Source of the DNA: Candidatus Peribacteria bacterium
GTDB lineage: Bacteria; Patescibacteriota; Gracilibacteria; BD1-5; UBA2023
Length of the DNA: 57,965 nucleotides
Direction: 5' to 3'
NCBI GenBank assembly: GCA_040383945.1
Contig: JBEICN010000002.1
Span: forward strand, 1-57,965
A program made the position numbers and the translations under genes. This document shows, one piece after another, positions 1-11,558 of this stretch. Numbering within the stretch: position 1 is the first letter of the stretch; each line of letters begins with the position of its first letter. Under the pieces are notes generated by a model. The model did no database searches. It was not told the origin of the DNA and saw nothing but the letters and a program-made list of their open reading frames with translations.

Positions 1-970
1 CAATATCAAGCGACTCACCGGTTACCGCGAAGTACGCTCTTTGAATGCGATCTTTCGATATTGGAAGATTCTTGTTTGACGGATCCTGAAGAATACTTCG
101 CACCTGTGGTGTCGACCAGGGGGCATTTTGAGCAGAAAAAAGCACATCTACGAGGTCTGTCTTGCCCGCTGTTTCGACGATGCTTCGCTTTCCATCTTGT
201 GCGGTTGTTGGAGTATCTTGATATTCAACTCCCTTGACCTGGCGACTGGTAGCATGTTTTGCATCATCGTATTTGAGAAACGAGAGCATAAGATCTCGAC
301 CGGTTTTTGCAGACAAGTGCTGCTCGGCTCTCGCGAGAAGATTCGGACTACTGAGGATGTGTGCAAAAAACGCATTCGCCTCTTCTAGTTCTGCTTTATC
401 AAAGATATATTGTCCGTCATGGCCGGCAGCTTTCCAGTCTGAAGTTGTAAGTTTTTGGGCGTCAAGTGCAGTTTTTCCAGATTTGGCAAGTTTTACCGTA
501 GCTCGCAGCATATCCAAAAATTCGTCATAGTCAGTGGTTTCTTTGAAGTCACCCGTGTATCCAAAAATTTGAGAGACGACCGGTCCGAGATTTCCGGCTA
601 TTTTTGCTTCGGTATTTTGTTTGACAGAGTCAAGGGCTTGGCGGGTTTCCGTTAAAATAGAATCGATATTCTTATTATTTTCGACTTCTTTCGCTTCTGC
701 TTCTCCAAGTTGTTTTTGGATCAAAGCCAATGCAGCTTGCTTGTCAGCTCATTCCTGAAGGGATTGGAGAGCAGAATACAGACCAAGTTGTTCCCTGGTG
801 GGACTCTTTCCATTCTTGATGTTATCCAGAAGCGATTTGAGAATCGACTCTGCCCTGGGAGTGGATATTGGAGCAGTTGGGGCTTTAACCCCTTCACCGA
901 CTCTATCTGGCCTGCTGGAAGGGCTTACAGGTGGAGTGGTCGAAAGATTTTCTTGAGGTGATGATGACAT
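1..970 (-). CDS. hypothetical protein (N-terminal part; gene runs off the window start)
   Basis: ATG at 968-970. Track ORF 749..970 continues in the same frame through TGA 749-751, with no TAA/TAG down to base 1. Helical K/E/A-rich translation with no recognisable motif. Confidence 0.5.
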
Positions 971-1043
971 ATGACAAAGGGGTTACTCCTCCAACTCTGC
1001 CACATATGCAAAATAAATGCAAAAAATCACTATTTTCAAAAGT

Positions 1044-1080
1044 CAAAAAAGATGATTCCTGATATAATTAGAAATCATCT
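1044..1080 (-). terminator. Rho-independent terminator candidate after the 1157..1921 gene
   Basis: Perfect 8-bp stem agatgatt (1050-1057) / aatcatct (1073-1080). It is followed on the minus strand by a T-run (A-run 1045-1050 on the plus strand). Confidence 0.5.
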
Positions 1081-1156
1081 CTGATTTTTGAGACTCTTGT
1101 AGCATATTTCCCCAACAGTCTTTGAGACTCCCGCTTGGAGAAATGTATAATTTTGC

Positions 1157-1921
1157 CTACACAGATTTTCGCTTTCGAGCAAACATGAACGCAAGTGCGA
1201 GAAGCATGGCAAGTCCCATGAACAGGAAGGTATCTGCTGCCCCAGTTTTTACTTTGGTAGCACCAGCAGGAACTGGCGTAGTGGTTGGAGGAGTTGGCTT
1301 TGGAGCTGGAGGAGTTGCGGCTGCGGCCGTTGCAACACTGAGCTTAAAAGCAGCACACTCTAGGTGGTTCACGAGTTCCCCCGCTTTACCGGTAGTATCA
1401 TCTATGACGCGATAGTTAACCGGAAATTTTACGAGCCCCACATAATCCCCGTCTTTCAAATCAGATCGCTCTAGCTGGTAGTTTGCTCCGAGAGAAGCCT
1501 CGAGCACGGTCACTTCTTTGCCAGCCTTGAGGGTAAATACATCTTTTTTGATAGATGCCTGAGGAGTAAAAATCACTTCGGAACCGATTTTCCAAAAATT
1601 CGTTTCTTTTGACGGATTACTTAACCAAGCAGAATTTTTACCTCCGAGATTTACCATAGAAGGATAGGTAATCTCATCTTTATACAAAACCACCTCTCCG
1701 GAAGCCGTGTTTGTCCAAGTGTCTGAAAGTCCGGTAATCTTTTCACCAACGCGAAGCGAACCACCCTCAAAACACTGTGTATGTTGTGAAACAGGACAAC
1801 CGTTACTGGTAAACACTGGAAGCGAACAATCGGCTGACTTAAAATCACCCATGGTGATAGCGTGGGCAGAGCTCGTAAAGAAAAAAGCTGATACGACAAC
1901 TGCGTATGGGATTACTTTCAT
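1157..1921 (-). CDS. secreted surface protein with C-terminal Pro/Thr linker, xKTG motif, TM helix and basic tail (sortase-substrate-like)
   Basis: ATG 1919-1921 gives the signal peptide MKVIPYAVVVSAFFFTSSAHA. The C-terminus reads ...TPPAPKPTPPTTTPVPAGATKVKTGAADTFLFMGLAMLLALAFMFARKRKSV. Ends in TAG at 1157-1159. Confidence 0.6.
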   Translation of the reverse strand: MKVIPYAVVVSAFFFTSSAHAITMGDFKSADCSLPVFTSNGCPVSQHTQCFEGGSLRVGEKITGLSDTWTNTASGEVVLYKDEITYPSMVNLGGKNSAWLSNPSKETNFWKIGSEVIFTPQASIKKDVFTLKAGKEVTVLEASLGANYQLERSDLKDGDYVGLVKFPVNYRVIDDTTGKAGELVNHLECAAFKLSVATAAAATPPAPKPTPPTTTPVPAGATKVKTGAADTFLFMGLAMLLALAFMFARKRKSV

Positions 1922-1989
1922 AAGGGAGGGAATGACGGAATATGATCCTTTCGATAATAGACTCTCAGGAGTTTTTGTCAAAAAATAAA

Positions 1990-2018
1990 TTGCAAAGTCT
2001 CCGCATCCTCTCTATACT
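1990..2018 (+). promoter_or_regulatory. sigma-70-type promoter candidate for frr-mfd-holA
   Basis: ttgcaa (1990-1995), 17-nt spacer, tatact (2013-2018), about 35 nt upstream of the frr ATG. Confidence 0.4.
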
Positions 2019-2053
2019 ACACCCAGTAATAATATTAGTTATTGACAAGCAAT

Positions 2054-2599
2054 ATGTTGGAATTTTTAACATCCGATCTCAAAAAAGCTGAGGACCACCT
2101 CAAAAATGAATTCGCAAAACTCCAAGTCTGACGGGCTAATCCTGCAATTGTAGAAGGCATTACGGTCTCAGTCTACGGTGGAGTACAGCCACTCAAAAAT
2201 ATTGCCAGTGTTTCCATTATGGACTCACAAACTATTTCGATACAGCCATGGGACAAATCTCTGATTCGAGATATTGACCGAGCTATTACCGAGGCGAATC
2301 TTGGGCTTAATCCACAAAACAACGGGGAATCTATTCTTATCAAGATCCCCACCCTCACCGAAGAACGCCGAAAAGATCTCGTCAAACTCGCAAAAAAACT
2401 TGCAGAAGATGGAAAGGTAGCAGTACGGAACATTCGTGCCGACGTAATGAAAAAGATCAAAATGGCAGAAACAGGGAAAGAAATCTGAGAAGATGTTGCA
2501 AAAAATTATGAAACCAGTCTTCAAAAGCAAATTGACAAAGAAATCGAAAACATCGAAGATATGCTCAGCAAAAAAGAGGCTGACATCATGAAAGTGTAA
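2054..2599 (+). CDS. frr: ribosome recycling factor
   Basis: The translation MLEFLTSDLKKAEDHLKNEFAKLQV-G-RANPAIVEGI...PTLTEERRKDLVKLAKKLAEDGKVAVRNIRAD matches the Frr signature. Two in-frame TGA codons, the first (2129-2131) on the conserved Gly of the TGRA motif. Ends in TAA. Confidence 0.9.
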
Positions 2600-2601
2600 C
2601 C

Positions 2602-5592
2602 ATGAGAATACTGACGCAGAATACTTTATATTCCAGATCGGGTGGCATCCTCACCCGGTCTCTTTTTTGCAAAAGCACTTGGGATGCTCTACAAAAGGAT
2701 GTGAGCGTGCCAAAAAAATTTCTCTTTGTGTTTGATAGTTTCTCCGCAGAAAAAACTTACCGGAGAATTTTGGAGGAAATTTTTTGAATCAATTTTTTCA
2801 GCATCAAAAACACGACGGATATGCTCAAATATGTGGATGCGGAAGATGGATTTTTTTGTGGAACCACTGGTATATTTGACGCACGGCACCGATACCATCA
2901 TCTTCGTAACATCTCAACTTTGCGGATTCGGCGATGAGATATTTTCCCCACGCGCACATTGGTAGAGCGACTGATAGAATTGGGATACGAGCACAGTCCT
3001 CATCTTTCACGATCTCACAGCTATAGCATCCAAGGTTCAGAAGTAAAAATTCGCGAGGTAAAACAGACTCTGCAAATCAGCTACTTTGATGACGAAATTG
3101 ATGATCTGCTGGTGCGAGACGAGTCTGACGCAGCCTTGATTTCTCGCTTGCACGAAGTTACCATATACCATCGTGACGGCGAGTCGTTTGAAGAAAATAG
3201 CTCCACCATACAAAACATTGGGGGTGACTTTTTGTGGACATTTGATTTGGACTTTTTCCAGCATCGTGAAGATTTGCGAGCTCAATTTTCTCGCTGGATA
3301 GGATTTGAAAGCGCTGGGACATCACTGGGAATATCTCCGATTGCGTTCGAAAACTTGGAGGAATTTGGGAAGTATGTATGAGAATATGGCGATAGCATGG
3401 TCATATATACCTCATTGACAAAGTCGGTGCAACGGTATCTCGAGCATAATGGACTTTTCGTATCTGAAGTTATCCAAATACCAAAAATACCACTCGAAAG
3501 TGGCCAGTCGGAAGATACCATATATATAACTGATGATATATTGGGACGACTTTTTGTAGAAAAACGATCAAAAAAACAAAGTCTCAAAAGCCTGGATCTT
3601 CTGATGACGCTTAAGCCGGGGGATTATGTGGTTCATCAAGAGCACGGGATTGGGAAATTTATAGAAATGATAGAAAAAGAAGTCATGGGAATGCGACGGG
3701 AATATGTGGCGATCGCCTATGCAAAAGACGATAAGCTCTATGTTCCGATCACTGAGCTCTACCGAATGACCAAGTATTTGGGGGAAGACCACCCAAAACT
3801 CCACGACCTCGGAGGTACCGTTTGGAAAAAAACCCTCAAAGATACCGAAGCTGAGGTTCTCAAAACTGCCTCAGAACTCCTCGATATTTACGCAAGACGA
3901 AAAATTACCCCTGGATTTGCCTTCAAAAAATTTCTAAAAGAGGAGGAGGCTTTTCGACTCGCATTCCCCTATGAGCATACGGGAGACCAAGTTTTGGCAA
4001 TTCAAGAGGTGTTTGAAGATATGGAAAAACCTGAACCGATGGATCGGCTGCTTTGTGGTGATGTAGGTTTTGGGAAAACCGAGGTAGCAATGAATGCGGC
4101 TTACAAGGCCCTGCTATCAGGAAAACAAGTAGCAGTCATCTCTCCCCTGGTAGTCCTTACCTTAGAGCATTTTGACTCGTTCATCAAGCGGTTCGAAAAA
4201 ACTGGCTTTTCGATTGCCGTCCTTTCACGACTTTCTTCCACAAAGGAAGTGAACCGAGCTCTACAAGGAATACAAGATGGCTCTATACATATCATTGTGG
4301 GAACCCATCGACTCCTCGGTGCTGATGTGCAATTCGCTCGGCTTGGACTCCTTATCATCGATGAAGAGCATCGGTTTGGCGTAATGGACAAGGAGAAAAT
4401 CAAGCGACTTCGAACCGGGATAGACATTCTTAGTCTTTCTGCAACTCCAATACCCCGATCTCTCAATTTATCATTATCTGGACTCAAAAAACTCAGCATT
4501 CTCACCACGCCTCCGCCAAACAAAAAACCAATTCAAACGCAAGTAATCAAATGGAACGAGCACACTCTCAGAGAAGTCATTACCCGAGAACTTGATCGAG
4601 GCGGACAGGTAATATTTCTTCATAATCGAGTCGCCTCGCTCGCTTGAACTGCCAAAGAAATCGAACGGATTGCTGGGCGGAAGCTCCACCCCCTTATGCT
4701 TCACGGACAGATGAAATCAGAAGAAATCGAAAACACCCTTTTGGATTTTCGATCGGGCAAAAGCAATTGTCTCGTAAGCACAACCGTTATCGAAAACGGG
4801 GTAAATTTTTTGAACGCCAATACGATTATTATCGATCATGCTGACGAATTTGGACTCGCCCAGCTCCACCAGCTCCGGGGTCGCGTGGGAAGAAAGGACC
4901 GAGATGCTCACTGTCTACTTGTCTATCGGAAAGAAGTATTGCCCGATGATTCAAAAAAACGACTCATATCAATTGTCGAATATGCGCACCTCGGGGCAGG
5001 ATTTGAAATCGCCATGCGAGATTTGGAAATCCGGGGAGCAGGCGAGATTTTGGGTATAGCACAGTCTGGTAAGTCCCGAGAAACTGGTGTAAGCCTCTAT
5101 CTCAAGCTTCTGGAAAATAAAATGCAAGAGCTTCAAACTGGAGTCGCCCCACATACCACCGATATCAAAATCGAACTCGATATCCAATTTGTGCTACCGG
5201 ATACCCTTTTTCATGGAGATATCGACAAAATTCATTTTTATCGATCTCTGGAAGGCATGGATTCTCTTGAAGACCTTGATAGCATGGAAGTATCACTTAT
5301 GCAAACCCATGGTGACAATGCGGATGTTAAAAGTCTGTTTATGCTTCTGAGAGCCCGGATACTCCTTTCCAAATACGGAGTAACTCATCTCAAAAAAGTC
5401 CTCAAAGATTATGTATTCGATTTTAGAAATGCTACTTCCCAGGACATACGAAATTTTCTAGGCATCGATCGGGAATGAAATTTTTTGGTACAAAATTTGG
5501 AGCGAGTTCGTGTTGCCCAGAATATCTATTCGGGAGACCTCGACTTTTTATCAAAGCTCGTATACTCTCTTGTATCAGCTGATAGACCATAA
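2602..5592 (+). CDS. mfd: transcription-repair coupling factor (996 aa)
   Basis: Track ORFs 2602, 2959, 3397 and 4696 are all in frame 1 and join across TGA codons. Motifs: CarD-like VVHQEHGIGKF, helicase motifs GDVGFGKTEVA, IIDEEHRFG, SATPIPR and QLHQLRGRVGR. The TGA at 5476 is read through to TAA at 5590-5592. Confidence 0.85.
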
Positions 5593-5602
5593 AAAGGCAA
5601 CC

Positions 5603-6613
5603 ATGCCCACCTCTGCTCATATTTTTCATTTTACCGGGAATCTCCAGCTTCAACTCGAATCGGCTCTTGCAGCATGGCAAAAGACGTTTCGAGAAAAACA
5701 CGGCGAGTTGAACTTCAGCCGCTCTTCAATAGAAGACACCTCTCCGGCGGAACTCGCCAGTGAGCTCAGCACACCACCGTTTCTTGCAGAAAAGCGGCTC
5801 ACTCTGGTTCGGATTCCTCCAATCCCAAAACCCAAGGGAGGATTCTGAGAAGCGAAAATTCCAAAAAAAAATTCGTTACCGTCATTTCCTGAATATGAAA
5901 GCTCTGAATACTGGAAACGCGTGCTTACGAATATTCCAGAAAATCATATCGTCGCGTTTGTTGGAGCCCAGTCTATTCCAGAACTAGAAAAATTACTTTC
6001 GGAGTACGCTACTACAAAAAAATACTCGGCAGAAAATGCTTGGGAAATACAGAATCATATACAAGATAAGCTCCCTTTGATTTCTCAAAAAAACGCAGAC
6101 CTTCTCAGTGCGAGAATTGGCGATGATATGCTGTTACTGGAAAATGAAATCCAAAAACTCTCCCTTCTTTCAGCGCTTTCAGAAGCAGACATACGAGAAA
6201 ATACTATCGAATCCATCGAAGTCATAGGATATCATATCACCGATGCGCTCCTGGCAGGAAATATACACAAATCGAGACAGCTCTTGCGACAGTTTCAATC
6301 GAAGTTTGAAAAGGATCAGGAATTTCTCTCGGCAATGCTTTGAGCTATGCGAATGCCGGGACTCTATGCCGGACTCGTGGGAAATGGCCTATCTCCCAAA
6401 ATGGTCGCAGAAGCCTGCAAACTCAAAGATTTCGTCGCAAAAAAATACCTCTCTATTCCCACAAATCGCTTGCGAGCCTTTTGAAGTCTGTATGTATTTT
6501 TCATACAATCCGATATACATATGAAAACCGGGAAACTTATCGGTGAAGATGGAATGCTCCATCATATCGAATCTGGACTGCTGAGATTTAGTTCGGCTTT
6601 GAAAGGAGTCTAA
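5603..6613 (+). CDS. holA: DNA polymerase III delta subunit-like
   Basis: Same-frame ORFs 5510/5921 plus a tail joined over TGA. HolA-like N-terminus (HIFHFTGN..LESALAAWQ) and the LLENEIQKLSLL motif. Position directly after mfd. Ends in TAA at 6611-6613. Confidence 0.6.
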
Positions 6614-6649
6614 TTTGAATACAATCTCAAAAACTATTACCATATATTT

Positions 6650-7570
6650 ATGAAAATTATTCTTCTCCTTCTCACTATCGGACTCCTGCTTTCTGGATGT
6701 ACGCTTGGAAAAAACACTACCAGCACGGGATCGACCGACACTATTGTGCAAAAAAAATCCGATATCGGAAGGGTAGCAAAAGAGGGCGACCAAGTCGCAG
6801 TTGACTACGTTGGACGCTATACGGACGGGAGTGTTTTTGATGCCTCAATAGAATCCGAGGCCATGAAAAACCCTATGTACACTTGAGGAAATGGAAGAAC
6901 CTATGAACCACTCGTAACCAGTTTGCAGGAAGGCGGAGGAACTATTGCTGGATTTTGGAAAGGAATTATCGGCATGAAGATAGGAGAAACCAAAAAAGTA
7001 ACCATTGCACCAGAGGATGCTTATGGGTCAGAATGGATCAATAACGGCGAGAGTACGGTCGATAAAAAGATTTTTGACGAAACGCTCATTCGTACTATAA
7101 AAAAGTCTGAGACGCTCGATGTGATAAAAATGCAGGTTCCAAAAGCAACTTTGGAGCAGGAAGGACAGCTTCCAAAAGTTGGGGACATCCTCACCAACGA
7201 ACGTGGAGTAAAAGCCAAGGTAGAGTCGATTGACGACACAAATGTGTCGGTCAGTATTGATAATTCCAAAAATCCATTCTCAGGCAAAAAGATTGCCGTA
7301 GGAACCAAAATAACTTTTGACGACGGTAATGTTGGTACGATTACCAAGGTGGGCGCAGATGATATTACGCTAAAAATCAAAAATAATTCCAATCCATTTG
7401 CTGGAAAAAAACTAGTAGTTGGACTTGAAGGAATGTACAAAGATTCGCAAAAAGTAAAGATTACGAAAATCGAGAAAGATATGGTAACCATTGCCATACA
7501 AACAAAAAATACGCATGCACTTGCCGGAAAAACCCTAGAATTTGAGCTTACGCTTAAAGAAATTAAATAG
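6650..7570 (+). CDS. FKBP-type peptidyl-prolyl isomerase lipoprotein with a triplicated C-terminal module
   Basis: Lipobox LLLSGC. FKBP core VAVDYVGRYTDGSVFDAS...GMKIGETKKVTIAPEDAYG. Ends in a SlyD-like HALAGKTLEFELTLKEI. One in-frame TGA at 6884-6886. Confidence 0.8.
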
Positions 7571-7577
7571 TTTGCAT

Positions 7578-8225
7578 ATGCGAATTTTCCTGGCCACACT
7601 TTTCCCAAGAGCCCTGGATAGCTATTTTGAAACCAGTATCGTGAAAAAGGCAAGACAGTCAGGAGCGATAGAAATTGTGGTGTGCAATATTGCCGATTTT
7701 AGCACAAAAAACACTCGTAGGTCAGATGATCGGCCCTATGGAGGAATGCCCGGTACGATACTTGCCCCCGAGCCCTGCGGTCAAGCCATAGAATATTGTC
7801 AGTCATTGTCAGAGCATCCTATTCATTGGATTTGTCCCGATCCGCGAGGGGAAATACTCAAACAGAGTACGCTCGCTCAGTTATCCCATTACCAAAATCT
7901 TGGAATTCTCTGTGGACACTACGAAGGCATAGATGAGCGAGTATTGGAAGAGTACCAGATTCAAAAGGTTTCATTGGGCGAATTCATTGTGACGGGAGGG
8001 GAAATTGCCGCAGGAGTCATCATTGACGGAATAAGTCGACTTCTTCCCGGGGTGCTCCGCGAAAACTCACTTATGGAAGAATCGTTTAGCGAGAAGCTCA
8101 AAGGAAGAAAAGAGTACCCTCACTATACTCGTCCAGAAATATGGAGAGGCAGAGTGGTACCATCCGAGCTTCTCTCCGGAAATCCAAAGATCATAGAACA
8201 ATGGAAGCAACATAATATTCTCTAG
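7578..8225 (+). CDS. trmD: tRNA (guanine37-N1)-methyltransferase
   Basis: MRIFLATLFPRALDSYFETSIVKKA...DDRPYGGMPGTIL...ILCGHYEGIDERV...IVTGGEIAA is the typical TrmD SPOUT signature. Ends in TAG. Confidence 0.9.
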   Translation: MRIFLATLFPRALDSYFETSIVKKARQSGAIEIVVCNIADFSTKNTRRSDDRPYGGMPGTILAPEPCGQAIEYCQSLSEHPIHWICPDPRGEILKQSTLAQLSHYQNLGILCGHYEGIDERVLEEYQIQKVSLGEFIVTGGEIAAGVIIDGISRLLPGVLRENSLMEESFSEKLKGRKEYPHYTRPEIWRGRVVPSELLSGNPKIIEQWKQHNIL

Positions 8226-8226
8226 C

Positions 8227-8820
8227 ATGTCATCACTACCACTCTTGCAACTTCAAGAATTACAAAACTTTTTTGTATACCTTTCTACATCGCTCTCGAT
8301 TGAGATGATTATCAAGATCGTCATAAGCTGCTTGCTCATTATTTGGTTTGCCGTTGCCGTATGGGTAATCAAAGATATTACCACTCGATCAACGAGCATT
8401 ATCGTGCAGACCTTCTCGCTGCTGTTGATTATCTTTTTTACGCCAATCTTTTGACTTCCTCTCTATTTACTGATTCGTCCTCGTTCTACACTTTTTGAGC
8501 AGCATTATGAAGAAAATTGGCTCGAAAATTTTGAAGGTCAGTCAGAAATGGAGCTCATACCCTGCAACGATTGTTGAGAAAAAATTGGATGAGATGCCAA
8601 ATTCTGTCCGTACTGCGGAAGCAAGCAATTTGATACCTGCAAAGAATGTTCCGCGAAAATGCTCGTCAACTGGAAATACTGCACCAGCTGCGGAACTCCT
8701 AGAGATACGCAGAAAAAAGAGATTTCTCGTGAAAAATCTCTTAATTCAAAAACAAAAGATAAAAAGTCTAAACGCTGAACATCGGAAGAAACGGGAGAAC
8801 GAGCGAAAGAATCAGAATAA
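8227..8820 (+). CDS. membrane protein with C-terminal double zinc ribbon
   Basis: N-terminal TM helices, then CNDCGEKIGGDAKFCPYCG...CKECSAKMLVNWKYCTSCG. Four in-frame TGA codons. Ends in TAA at 8818-8820. Confidence 0.6.
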
Positions 8821-8871
8821 TTACTACGAAGAGAATAAAAATCTTTTGGAGTTTTTTTGACATAGGAAAAA

Positions 8872-11511
8872 TTAATCAGTATAGGTTATTCCTCAAATAA
8901 TTACGGAATTTGAATTTAGGTCAAGTCGAATATCCGTGTTTTGTGAAGTATAGTGTGTTGAAAGCTTCTCGATAAGACTACCAAGCTTATTCATTTGCAT
9001 TTCGAGGTCCACGGTATTTATGCGCTGAGGAGAAATCTGAATACTCTTCCCGTCAAAGAGTTTTCTTCATTCCGAAGTCTCCACCACAAATTGCATGTTT
9101 GCAAATGCGTTCACATTTGTTTGAAAAATATAATCCGAAGAGAATTTGAGCCGATAGGATTGATTTTTCGTTCTTGCAGTAGCTTCAATTTGGGAAAGTG
9201 AGATCTCATAATCACCGTCAACAATTTTCGCTTGGACATTTCTTATAGAAATTGGAAAAAAACCTGAGACAATTGAAAAATCCTTTTCTATTAATTGACG
9301 CTGTACAAAAACTTGCATTTCAGGAGGCAAGGCAGGTGGGGTCGGTGACACGGTAGGAGGAGGATTTTTTTCATTCTCAACTTCGCCTTCATCCATTTTG
9401 GCAAAGAAGGTGAATTTAAAAAAGTTGTATATATCGTACTTTTCACGCTCTTCTTCCGTATTGGCATTTGATCCACTTTCAAGAAGTATTTTTGCTCGTT
9501 CATCTAGTCAAATGCTCGCGAGTTGATAATTCAAATTTTCGGTTCCATCAGGCTCTACTATAACTATTTGCTGAATTACATTACCTTCTGGTAGTAGCTT
9601 GAATTTGAATAGTCTATCATAAATTTTTACAGAAACGCTATAGAAGCGATCATTTACATAATCATTGGTCAATTGCAAACTCGAGATTTCAACTCCTGAG
9701 AAATTCACGAGATATGATATAATCGCCTCCTGAGAAAGTGGCTTGGACTCGAGTGTGAGCCCCGTGGCTCATTTGCTTTTTTCTGAAAGCTCCATCTTCG
9801 TGCGGTATTCATTATAATCTTTGAGAATCCCAAGAGTTTCGTTCAATTTGGTATTTGAGTTTTTCAGCTGAGTATAGTGGTTCAGATTGGAATCTTCGGT
9901 TTTTCCCAAAGAATTAAGATAAAAGGTTTGATATTTGGATAAAAATAATTTTTGATTTTCGAGCAATACTCAAAACTCCGAAAGAGAATCTGGCGAGATA
10001 TTACTTTGCCCATCAGATCTCAAAAACTCTGGCTTAAGTATAAGATTATCTGTAGAACCAGTAAAATAGTACGACTCTATGCCCGTCTGTAAACGACTCG
10101 AAATGGAGTTAAAGGTAAATAGAAAATTGGAAAGCATGTTGAACTTTTCTCGAACATCTGTGAGAGATTCTATATATGTATCCGCAATGAAGGTCAGCTG
10201 AGAAAAAAGTTTGAAGTTCGACTCATCCGTAGATTGGAGATTATTCAAAAACTCTTTGAGATAGTAGGTAAATCCGAGAAACTCTCGCTCCCCCATGGAT
10301 TTTGAATTGACGAGAAACGTAATGTAGCTCGCAAGATTTTCTTGTATGATCTTGGTGTCTTGGTTCCCAAAAAAATACTGTGAGTATATATCAGAAAGTA
10401 GCTTGTAGACTTTTTTATTTTTGTCTTGTGAATTCCCAAAAACTGCCTGATAGACTATGGTAAGCGTACTCCCTCCTTTTCCATAGTATTCGGCAGAATG
10501 AAGCGCATTTACGGAGCTTCCAAAAGTGATGTATTTTCGTACAAGATTTTTGGCTCGATCATGAGAATCAACATCTATTGCAGCAAGTCCGGCTAAACGA
10601 GATTGTATTTTTTGGGAAATATTAGCGGATGTAATGGATTTATCCTTACAAAATGAACATACATCAGACTCTATAAGCACCATGGCTTGCAGAAGCGATA
10701 TAAGGGAATTTTCCAAAATAATGCGCTTTTTTTGTTTATTCACAAACAGGAGTGAAAACGAATCGAGCGGAGAAAGTCCATTTGACGCAAGTGGCTTAAG
10801 TTTTGAGATGACCTTCTGTATCTCAATCTGTCGATTTTTGTGATACGCCAGAAATTCATCGAACATAAGTCGAGCCGCGGTCGCTTTTGGACCGAAAATT
10901 CTATCAAAACTTTCGGGCACAAATGGGTTTCCAATACTCAAAGTGGCGAGTTGGCCTACGCGAAAAACATCAACCTGCATGAATTTTTCCTCCAAAGATG
11001 GATCATAGACGAAATATTCGGAAGGGAAAATTTCTATTTTGGTGGCAAGCTTGCCCTGTATCCGCAATTGCATACGAAGCAGAGCAGTCATGGAGAAAAC
11101 CCGGATTTCCTCACGAGTGTCGATAAAATAGACTCCATTTGATAGGTGAAGTATTTCAAATTTCTCACTTTTTACTCGATATTCTCGATACGCATCAGCG
11201 AGACTCAACAGGAATAGTCACTTCCCCAATGTTATAGTATTGGACCCCTCTCGTATATCTATTTTTGGAATGGCGGAATCTTTGGAATAAAATACCATGT
11301 CTCCTTCTTCTAGACTTGCCGCGAGAATCTTCGCATTTTTTTTATCTTCACGTAATGCACCTCCCGAGAGTGAATAGGGAATTTTTTGGGGGAAAATTTG
11401 CTCATTTATGGCATCGGGAGCCGTTGCTTGTATGGGCTTTTTGCCAAGTGATATTCCTACTATTCCAAAAGTAAGAAGTGCAATAAGAATTCAATAAATT
11501 AATTTTTTCAT
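8872..11511 (-). CDS. large ORFan protein (879 aa) with an N-terminal signal/anchor
   Basis: Track ORFs 9067, 9508, 9769 and 9970 share one frame. Extension across TGA reaches ATG 11509-11511 (MKKLIYGILIALLTFGIVGISLG) and TAA 8872-8874. I recognise no domain. Confidence 0.6.
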
Positions 11512-11558
11512 ACTGGCATAATATCGAGAAATTTTTTAAGATACAATTTATGATATTT

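Noticed and set aside
2602-5592. mfd (and similarly uvrA, typA, pepA, comM, glyA and others) appears split into several adjacent ORFs, which could be read as pseudogenisation.
   Set aside because: All fragments of each gene share one frame. Every break is a TGA, the breaks fall on conserved Gly positions, and no frameshifts are needed. This is recoding, not decay.
7021-7653. 210-aa minus-strand ORF overlapping the FKBP gene.
   Set aside because: It is antisense shadow of a well-supported gene. The translation is low-complexity Ser/Phe/Val-rich with no motif.
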